A stretch of 47,325 nucleotides of DNA from contig JACQUR010000063.1 of NCBI GenBank assembly GCA_016210245.1, positions 1-47,325 on the forward strand, written 5' to 3'. The DNA is from Chloroflexota bacterium. Its GTDB lineage: Bacteria > Chloroflexota > UBA6077 > JACQUR01. Of the stretch, positions 41,133-47,325 are shown piece by piece (position 1 is the stretch's first letter; every line of letters starts with the position of its first letter). The translations under genes and the position numbers were made by a program. The notes below the pieces were generated by a model. The model was not told the origin of the DNA. It searched no databases and was given only the letters and a program-made list of their open reading frames with translations.

Positions 41133-42214
41133 TATCCGCCGAGCACCGGCGTGAACATCTGCACCGCGCGCTTCTCGGCTTCGGACAGCTTCACCCAGTC
41201 CATTTGCGGGCGTTTGATCTGGTCGATCGGCTTTACCCCGGGGGCCGTGGCCGCGCCCAGGGCCACGCCGGGCACCAGCGGGAACTCCTGCTCCTGGGTG
41301 GTCAGCGGCTCCTGGCCCGCCGGGCTGAGCGCGAAGTCGACAAACGCCCGGGCCTGGGCGCTGTTGGCCGCACCCTTCAGGATGGCCACGGTGAGCGGCG
41401 TCACCAGCGTGCCGATCTCGTTGGCCCCCTGGTCCGGGTAAATCAGCCCCACCGACGCCCCCTCCTTCGCCTTGGGCACGTAGTAGTAGTGGTTGACCAG
41501 CCCGACCGCCGCCTCGCCCCGGGCGACCGCGTTGGCCACCTCGGTGTGATTGGCCAGCACCTTAACCCCGTTGGCTTTCAGGTCGTCCACGTACTTCATG
41601 GTGAACTCCTCGCCCCGCTCGAGCAGCAACGACGCCAGCCACAGGCGCACCCCGCCCTCGCGGATGGAGGCCATGGCCACCTTGCCCTTCCAGCGCGGCT
41701 GGGTGAGGTCGAACACCGACCCGGGCGTGTCGCCGGCGGCCACCTGGGTGGTGTTGAACATGATGTTGCGGGAGCGGCCGATGACGCCCGTCCAACTGCC
41801 ATCGGCAGCTTTGAACTCGGGCGGCACCTTTGCGGCGTTGGGCGAGGCGTAGGACTCGAGCAGACCCTTCTGGCGCAGCAGCTCCGTGCCGGCCGCATCG
41901 GTGGTGAAGAACACGTCGCCGCGCGGGCTGCCCTTCTCCTGCTCGATCAGCAGGGCCAGCTCGCCGGGCGCGCCGCTCTTGAGCGTCACCTGGACGCCGC
42001 TCGCCTGCTGGAAGGCCGACACCAGCGGCTTCATCAAGTCCTCTTTGCGGGCTGAATAGACGGTCAGCGTGCCGCCGAGCTTCTCGGCCGGCTTCGTCTC
42101 GGTCGTGGCCGCCTTGCTTGCTGGCGGCGGGGTCGCGGGAGCCGCGGTGGTGCAGGCCGTGGCCAGCAGCATCACGGCCGCCAACCAGACGCGAGGCGTG
42201 AACAGACGAACCAT
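41132..42214 (-). CDS. Fe(3+) ABC transporter substrate-binding lipoprotein
   Basis: Lipobox LLATAC. ...LTVYSARKEDLMKPLV..., ...DVFFTTDA..., ...GLVNHYY... typical of FbpA/AfuA-type binding proteins. GAGGAGG RBS. Confidence 0.85.
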   Translation of the reverse strand: MVRLFTPRVWLAAVMLLATACTTAAPATPPPASKAATTETKPAEKLGGTLTVYSARKEDLMKPLVSAFQQASGVQVTLKSGAPGELALLIEQEKGSPRGDVFFTTDAAGTELLRQKGLLESYASPNAAKVPPEFKAADGSWTGVIGRSRNIMFNTTQVAAGDTPGSVFDLTQPRWKGKVAMASIREGGVRLWLASLLLERGEEFTMKYVDDLKANGVKVLANHTEVANAVARGEAAVGLVNHYYYVPKAKEGASVGLIYPDQGANEIGTLVTPLTVAILKGAANSAQARAFVDFALSPAGQEPLTTQEQEFPLVPGVALGAATAPGVKPIDQIKRPQMDWVKLSEAEKRAVQMFTPVLGG

Positions 42215-42217
42215 AAG

Positions 42218-42290
42218 TCCTCCTCAAGCAACGAGCGCGGGCGCTCTGAACCTACAAGATAGCGTCTACGTAGCCAGGCTATGAGGCTGC
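42218..42290 (-). promoter_or_regulatory. conserved ~73-nt 5' leader (copy 1), shared with 45116-45190
   Basis: Minus strand: AGCCTcATAgCCTGGCTacGTAgAcGCTATCTtgtAgGtTCAGAGCGCCcGCGCTCGTTGCtTGAgGAGG. About 75% identical to copy 2, with the same distance to the SD. Confidence 0.5.
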
Positions 42291-42340
42291 ACGAACGTAC
42301 GGCGTTCGCCGGCGCTGGCCAACAGGGGCGTCAGGGTACA

Positions 42341-42378
42341 CCGAGTCGCGACCGTGAGCGAGCGGAGCGCGGCCCTCA
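42341..42378. repeat. REP half-copy (CCGAGTCGCGACCGTGAGCGAGCGGAGCGCGGCCCTCAC)
   Basis: Variant of the 20369 family. It overlaps the 3' end of the FTR1 gene. Confidence 0.7.
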
Positions 42379-43884
42379 CCCAGACACTGGCGCTTGTCCG
42401 GTGCGCTCGCGCTGCGCGGGCGCATGGAGCCCGCTCGCAACGAGTACGGCCAGCGCGGCCAGCAAGAGCACGCCCTGGACGGCGGTCGTCTCCCAGGTGG
42501 GGAACAGGCCCAGCAGGTCATTGCTGGGCAGGTAGCCAGACGGGGTGGCTCCCAGGACGCCGGCCACCTGCAGGGCGTGGATGCCGGAGCCGACGAACTT
42601 GAAGGCCAGGTAGTAGATCAGCACGCTGGTGCCCAGGAAGAACGGCCGGATCGGCACCCGCACGCCGAAGACGAGCATCAGCACGCCGAGCACCGCCAGC
42701 CCGGCGGCGCCGAGCCCCAGGCCGAGCGCCAGGTCGCTCAGGGCGATCGCGGGGGCGATGCCGAGGTAGAACAGCACCGTCTCGGCTCCCTCCCGGAAGA
42801 CGGCCAGGAAGGCGATCAGCGCCAGCGACAGGAGGCCGTTGCGGGCCAGGGCGGCAGTGCTCTGGTCGTGAATGTACCGCTGCCAGGCGCCCAGGCTCGC
42901 CTTGGAGTGGAGCCAGTAGCTCACGTAGACGAGCATGGCCGCGGCTACCAACCCCGTCAGTCCCTCCAGCAGTTCCCGGTTGGCCCCGGCGGACGCCTGG
43001 GAGAAGACCAGGTTGACGACAAAGGCGACCACGAGGCTGGCCGCGATGCCCGCGCCGCTGCCAGCCCAGATCCAGCGCGTCTTATCGCCGTGATTCGTCT
43101 TCCTGAGGAAGGCCAGCAGCGCCGCGACCACGAGCAGCGCCTCCAACCCTTCCCGCAGCAGGATGATCGCGGCGTCGAACACGCCGTAGCGGGCCTCCGC
43201 CTCGGCAAACGGCGCCAGGTCCGCCTTCATGCGAGTCAGCGTGCTCCGCGCCGCAGCCGGGTCAGGCGAGGCCTGGGTGAGCAGCGCGTACGCCTTCGCC
43301 ATGTTGTTCTCGGTGTCGGCATACGCCTGGGCCGACTTCACCTTGACCAGCCCCTCCACCTCGGTCCAGTCGCGCCGGAAGGCGTCGACTTCGGCAGCCG
43401 CGCCGGCCAGGTCGTTGGCCGCCAGTCTGGCCTGGGCCTGGTCCAGGTGGGCGACGAGCGTGGGGAGCGTCACCGGCCCCTGGGACACGGCTGGAGCCGG
43501 CGGAGCTGCCGCTGGCTGGCCGCCGATGAAGGCGGCGCACTGCGCCCGCAGCGCCTGCAACGCGGCCCGCGCCCTGGCCGCGTCGAACGGCTCGGCCTGC
43601 AGGGCGTACCTGGCATCGCCCATCGCGTCCTCGATCGCCCGGTAGCTGGCCCTCGACTGGGCGCGGATGCCGTCCTCGATCTCGAACCAGCCATCGTCGA
43701 AGGCCCGGTACGCCGCCTGGGCGCCCGCGCGATCGCCCGACTCGAGTCGGGCGATCGCGCCATCGACCTGTCTCGCCAGGTCGGCCAGTTGCTCGGCCGG
43801 GGTCGCGGCCATGGCCAGCGTCGGAAGGAGCAGGAGCGCCAGCGCCACCAGCGCTGGAACCCATCGCCGCATAGCACACATCAT
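42376..43884 (-). CDS. FTR1/EfeU-family iron permease with a ~220-residue N-terminal periplasmic helical domain
   Basis: Signal peptide. Two helical modules (...AYRAFDDGWFEIEDGIRAQSRASYRAIEDAM...; ...VDAFRRDWTEVEGLVKVKSAQAYADTENNM...). Then 7 TM with LREGLEAL and FREGAET (REXXE) motifs. Confidence 0.85.
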   Translation of the reverse strand: MMCAMRRWVPALVALALLLLPTLAMAATPAEQLADLARQVDGAIARLESGDRAGAQAAYRAFDDGWFEIEDGIRAQSRASYRAIEDAMGDARYALQAEPFDAARARAALQALRAQCAAFIGGQPAAAPPAPAVSQGPVTLPTLVAHLDQAQARLAANDLAGAAAEVDAFRRDWTEVEGLVKVKSAQAYADTENNMAKAYALLTQASPDPAAARSTLTRMKADLAPFAEAEARYGVFDAAIILLREGLEALLVVAALLAFLRKTNHGDKTRWIWAGSGAGIAASLVVAFVVNLVFSQASAGANRELLEGLTGLVAAAMLVYVSYWLHSKASLGAWQRYIHDQSTAALARNGLLSLALIAFLAVFREGAETVLFYLGIAPAIALSDLALGLGLGAAGLAVLGVLMLVFGVRVPIRPFFLGTSVLIYYLAFKFVGSGIHALQVAGVLGATPSGYLPSNDLLGLFPTWETTAVQGVLLLAALAVLVASGLHAPAQRERTGQAPVSG

Positions 43885-43902
43885 CTTCTCGCCTCCCCTC
43901 GC

Positions 43903-45111
43903 TCAGCGCAGGCCTGGCAGCGCGTCGTCTACCGTCTGGTCGAGCTGCTTGAGCGCGGCCGTGGCCCTGGCGTTGTCCGGCTGCTCCGCCTTGAGCAGCG
44001 TCGCCTTGACCTCGTCCATCGCCTGCTCGATCTTGCGGTAGGCGTCGCGCGACTTCGCCCGGATGCCGTCCTCGATCTGCTCCCAGCCCTCGTCGAACTC
44101 CTGGTACTGGTGTTTCGCTTCCTGCAGGTTGCTGGCCTTGAGCGCGTCCATGGCCTGGTCGAGGCGCTTGGCCAGCGCTTGCAATTGGCCGGCCGAAGAG
44201 CTGTCGCTCGCGGCCTTGATGGACGCATCGAACTCGGTGGCCTCGGCCAGTTCCTTGGCCAGCTTCCTGGCCCAGGCCTCAACCTGCTCGAAGGGGACTG
44301 CCCTGGCGGGCGGAGCCACGGCTGGCAAGGCGGTCTTGAGGTGGTCGAGCTGCTCCTCGATCTCGTCATACTCGTGGGGCGCTTTGGCCTTGACCTGGTC
44401 CTCGAAGCCGCGCCAGAGGGCCCGTACGCGCTGGAAGAACCCGTACGCGTCCTGGTACTCCGTCTCGACCTTCACCCGGTCGCCGTCCACGCTGGCCGCG
44501 TACTCGTCAACGCTGGCGTCGAGCAGGACCGCCAGCACGTTGCTCTGGAAGGCCAGCCCGCCGTCGGCGGTCGAGGGGAGCAGCACCCGAGCGACCTCAT
44601 CCAGCACCTTGTTGGTGTCCGCGACGCTCGCCTCGAACTGCCTGGCATCGGCCTTGTCGTCGAGCAGTTTGAGCTGGCCCACCAGGGTCTGGGCGGTCCT
44701 GGTCGCCAGTGCGGGGTCTCTGGCCTTGAGCGCGGCCTCGATCGCCGGCCAGTTCTCCTGGATCGGGTGCGCGGCGTGCGTCCTGGCCACGTCCATGTTG
44801 CCGCCCTGGGCTTTGGCGAGGGCGGCGACGAGGTGGCCGCGCACCTGTTCGAGCTTCACGGCCTGCTGGACCTGCTCGGGCGAGTAACGACCGGGAGCCG
44901 CAGCGGGCTGCTGCGGCCTGGCCACCGCAGTTGGCGGCAGTGCGGGCGCCGGCTGTTGGGACGCGGCCTTGGCGGGCGCGGCCGTGGGCGCAGGGGCCGC
45001 GGCGGGCGTGCAGGCCACGAGCAGCGCTGCACCCACCAGGCAGGCGAACAACATTGGTTTGGCCGGTCGTCTCCGGACCGGCTGGGCACGAGAGGGCAAC
45101 GCAGGAACCAC
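43903..45111 (-). CDS. periplasmic helical lipoprotein sharing the FDxGWxxIEDGIRAxSRxxYRxIExAM module with the FTR1 N-domain
   Basis: Lipobox LLVAC. ...QYQEFDEGWEQIEDGIRAKSRDAYRKIEQAMDEV... near the C-terminus. GTG at 45111 lies 4 nt after GGAGG; an alternative ATG is at 45054. Confidence 0.7.
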   Translation of the reverse strand: MVPALPSRAQPVRRRPAKPMLFACLVGAALLVACTPAAAPAPTAAPAKAASQQPAPALPPTAVARPQQPAAAPGRYSPEQVQQAVKLEQVRGHLVAALAKAQGGNMDVARTHAAHPIQENWPAIEAALKARDPALATRTAQTLVGQLKLLDDKADARQFEASVADTNKVLDEVARVLLPSTADGGLAFQSNVLAVLLDASVDEYAASVDGDRVKVETEYQDAYGFFQRVRALWRGFEDQVKAKAPHEYDEIEEQLDHLKTALPAVAPPARAVPFEQVEAWARKLAKELAEATEFDASIKAASDSSSAGQLQALAKRLDQAMDALKASNLQEAKHQYQEFDEGWEQIEDGIRAKSRDAYRKIEQAMDEVKATLLKAEQPDNARATAALKQLDQTVDDALPGLR

Positions 45112-45115
45112 ACGG

Positions 45116-45190
45116 CCTCCTTCAAGGCAACGAGCGCAGGCGCTCTGAGCGTGGGAGATAGCCTGTACACAGCCAGGTTATTAGGCTGTG
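45116..45190 (-). promoter_or_regulatory. conserved ~73-nt 5' leader (copy 2)
   Basis: Minus strand: AGCCTaATAaCCTGGCTgtGTAcAgGCTATCTcccAcGcTCAGAGCGCCtGCGCTCGTTGCcTTGAaGGAGG. Confidence 0.5.
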
Positions 45191-45258
45191 CTAATGTACC
45201 GCGTTAGCCCGTACTTGTCAAGAGGGGCCAGCGACCCAATTTTCTTTCGGTCCTGGCT

Positions 45259-45320
45259 GGTGGGGGCTGCCGCCCTGGAGGGCGGACCCAGGCCCGCCCT
45301 CCAGGGCGGCAGCCCCCACC
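45259..45320. repeat. REP palindrome with 27-bp perfect arms (GGTGGGGGCTGCCGCCCTGGAGGGCGG / complement)
   Basis: 45259-45285 pairs with 45294-45320. Partial copies (CAGGGCGGCAGCCC) occur at 45352-45365 and near 47305-47318. Confidence 0.9.
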
Positions 45321-45446
45321 GGGTGCGTCGGATTATTTCCGCAACCTTCACCAGGGCGGCAGCCCAGGCCACGGCAAGGACAACGCCCCGCGGGTCCCGG
45401 GGCTTGCGCAGCGGATGAAAGGGGATAGGACCAACCCCAAGCGGTG

Positions 45447-45471
45447 GCGGGGGACAAGCCCCCGCGCTACG
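45447..45471. repeat. second identical copy of the 25-mer GCGGGGGACAAGCCCCCGCGCTACG
   Basis: Identical to 9420-9444. Internal hairpin GCGGGGG-acaa-GCCCCCGC. Confidence 0.9.
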
Positions 45472-45584
45472 CTCCTCCGTACGCAACGAGGTTGGGAGCT
45501 CCATGCAGCGCTCAGTGGAGCTTGGCGCAGAACTACACCCCGGGGCAGGTGCGGCAAGGGCTCCGAGCGGCAGTCAGCCCGCAC

Positions 45585-46331
45585 TCACTGCGCGGCCGAC
45601 ATGCCCCTGGCCGGGTCCACCAGCCGCGCCCGCAGCTCGCGGGCGTTCTGTACGGCGTAGCCGCGCTCGTCGTTGTTGAAATAGGCCCAGACCGCCACGC
45701 CCTGCTCCAGGAAGGCGCGGATCTGTTTTGCCCAGGCGGCCAACTGCTCGGCGGTGTAGTCGCCCGCCCGCGCGCCCTGGTGGAAGCGCAGGTAGGTCCA
45801 GTTGGCGGTCAGGCGCAGCGCCCGGGGCAGGTGGGGGCTCTCGGGGATGCATAGCGCTGCGCCGTGCTCGGCCAGGCGCTGGAACACTGGCTCCGCCAGC
45901 CAACTCTCGTGGCGGAACTCGAGCGTGTGCTGATAGGTCCGGGGCAGGGCGGCCAGGAAGCGTTCCAGGCGCTCGTCGTCGCGCCGGAAGTCGGGCGGGA
46001 GCTGCCACAGCACCGGCCCGACGCGATCACCCAGCCCGGCCAGGCGCTCGAAGAACAGGGCCACGTGCGGCTCCGGCTCGAGCAGGCGCTTGAGGTGGGT
46101 GATGAAGCGGCTGCCCTTGACCGCGTAGCAGAAGCCGGGCGGGGCGCGCCGTTGCCACGCCTCGAAGGTTTCGCGCCCCGGCAAGCGGTAGAAGGTGAAG
46201 TTGACCTCGACCGTGTCGAAGTGCTGGGCGTAGAACTCCAGCCACTCCCGCTGGGGCAGCCCCTCCGGGTAGAACACCCCCCGCCAGTGGCGGTAGATCC
46301 AGCCGGAGGTGCCGATGCGCAACTCGCTCAC
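45585..46331 (-). CDS. DUF72 (UPF0759) family protein
   Basis: MSELRIGTSGWIYRHWRGVFYP...FDTVEVNFTFYRLP...LWQLPPDF...YLRFH... are hallmark DUF72 motifs. Confidence 0.85.
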   Translation of the reverse strand: MSELRIGTSGWIYRHWRGVFYPEGLPQREWLEFYAQHFDTVEVNFTFYRLPGRETFEAWQRRAPPGFCYAVKGSRFITHLKRLLEPEPHVALFFERLAGLGDRVGPVLWQLPPDFRRDDERLERFLAALPRTYQHTLEFRHESWLAEPVFQRLAEHGAALCIPESPHLPRALRLTANWTYLRFHQGARAGDYTAEQLAAWAKQIRAFLEQGVAVWAYFNNDERGYAVQNARELRARLVDPARGMSAAQ

Positions 46332-46379
46332 CCCTACGCCCCTCGGTGCATGCTCACTCTCTGGGTAGACTGCCTGGCA

Positions 46380-46823
46380 TCACCGAGCACCCTCTCGGCC
46401 GCCTCGACCCCCGTCCAGCATAGCCAGGAAGATGGCGGGGCCGAAGATTGGTATGCCCTCAAACGGACTGAGGACCAGCAGGTCATCATCCCCGCTGACG
46501 ATTACGTCGGCCTTTCCGTCTGTGGCCGCTTCCAGCACCTTGTTGTCCTTCGGATCCCGACATGCGGTGATGCTGCGATCAGGCGCCACCGCTTCCCCGC
46601 ATCGCAGGATCACCCTCAGTGCCGCCCCCACGTCTTCGTGCGACAGACGATACTTGTCTCGAATGCGAGGCCGGCTGAGCACGTCTACCAGTTCCGCCAG
46701 CAGCGGCTTGGAGTAGAGCAACGTGTAGTTCCGATTTCGCAGGCGTTTGACGACTGGCCCTACGGTTCCCTCCGGCCTGATTATGGCGCGCACCAGGATG
46801 TTGGTATCTACTACGGCACGCAT
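46380..46823 (-). CDS. PIN-domain toxin (type II TA, TIGR00305-like)
   Basis: MRAVVDTNILVRAI...DPKDNKVLEAATDGKADVIVSGDDDLL... with the conserved acidic residues. Confidence 0.8.
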   Translation of the reverse strand: MRAVVDTNILVRAIIRPEGTVGPVVKRLRNRNYTLLYSKPLLAELVDVLSRPRIRDKYRLSHEDVGAALRVILRCGEAVAPDRSITACRDPKDNKVLEAATDGKADVIVSGDDDLLVLSPFEGIPIFGPAIFLAMLDGGRGGREGAR

Positions 46824-47104
46824 TAGCCTTGGAGTTCCGCTCGAGCCGCCTCGACATCCGCGGCCACCTCCTCCTCGCTGTAACCGGCATTCTCCGCGGC
46901 CATACGAGCCAGCAAGCGGTCAAAGCGGGCAAAGACCTCCTGCTCATCCAGCTCTTGAAAACGGAGGAAGTCCGCGTAGGACAGCAGCACGGCTTCAGGG
47001 CGGCTGCCGCGGGTGAGGACGTAGGGAATGCGCTTGTGGGTAACTTCGTCCAGCACTGCCCGGAACCGCCGCTGAAGCTCCGTCACGCCGATGATCTTCT
47101 GCAT
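46823..47104 (-). CDS. Phd/YefM-family antitoxin
   Basis: MQKIIGVTELQRRFRAVLDEVTHKRIPYVLTRGSRPEAVLLSYADF.... GAGGAG lies 6 nt before ATG 47104; the ORF extends to 47131. 1-nt overlap with the PIN gene. Confidence 0.75.
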   Translation of the reverse strand: MQKIIGVTELQRRFRAVLDEVTHKRIPYVLTRGSRPEAVLLSYADFLRFQELDEQEVFARFDRLLARMAAENAGYSEEEVAADVEAARAELQG

Positions 47105-47227
47105 GTCCTGCTCCTCACGATCGAGACTCATATTCCACTTTGTATTCTACCTCGGATGCCCCCCGCTGCTCTGGCGAGGCTGCCATGTGGGCTGGCGGGA
47201 TCTGCCCAGTACTGGTGCGTGGAGGAC

Positions 47228-47302
47228 GTAGGGGCAGACGGCCCGGTCTGCCCGCCGCCTGCCTTCATCTGTAGGGGCAGACGGCCCTGTCTGCCCGCCG
47301 CC
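47228..47302. repeat. two copies (period 43) of GTAGGGGCAGACGGCCC(G/T)GTCTGCCCGCCGCC, each with the GGGCAGAC/GTCTGCCC hairpin
   Basis: Copies at 47228-47259 and 47271-47302. Confidence 0.9.
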
Positions 47303-47325
47303 CCGAGGGCGGCAGGGCGTGGTGC

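Noticed and set aside
42255-42285. A sigma-54 promoter (TGGC-N9-GC present in both conserved leaders), or an IdeR/Fur box.
   Set aside because: The -12 element reads ACGC/AGGC rather than TTGC, and I cannot confirm that the organism has RpoN. The best IdeR-box alignment is about 10/19 matches, and no Fur-like GATAAT repeats are present. These remain hypotheses within the leader finding and are not annotated.

Overview
About 70% GC bacterial DNA. The gene content, GGAGG ribosome-binding sites and the style of the palindromic repeats look Chloroflexota/Thermomicrobia-like; this taxonomic call is inference only. I support about 45 coding genes, mostly on the minus strand. They include: (i) a translationally coupled 5-gene enzyme operon (1.7-6.9 kb); (ii) an OmpR/histidine-kinase pair; (iii) a copper/thiol-redox block with lgt, ccdA and a cupredoxin; (iv) a BlaI/BlaR1(M56)-like regulator pair beside a DsbD_2-DUF2933 operon and a tlpA-DUF2085-ccmE-ccmF'-ccmH-ccmI-like cytochrome c maturation operon; (v) a WecA-like fusion and a GT-C glycosyltransferase; (vi) GH15, an aminotransferase and a BFN nuclease; (vii) an FbpABC iron ABC importer and an FTR1-type iron permease with a related lipoprotein; (viii) DUF72 and a Phd/PIN toxin-antitoxin pair. 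Two things stand out. First, there is a rich population of intergenic palindromes. The most unusual are four hairpins whose arms are tandem heptanucleotide repeats, with a different heptamer at each locus. Second, at least 10 gene remnants carry truncations or collinear internal deletions (HlyD, ABC-2, LuxR, lgt, copA, ccmF, PAS, GT-C, vapC, a second P-type ATPase). I recognised no transposase, integrase, CRISPR array or rRNA. All calls rest on reading the supplied translations and the DNA by eye; no database search was run.
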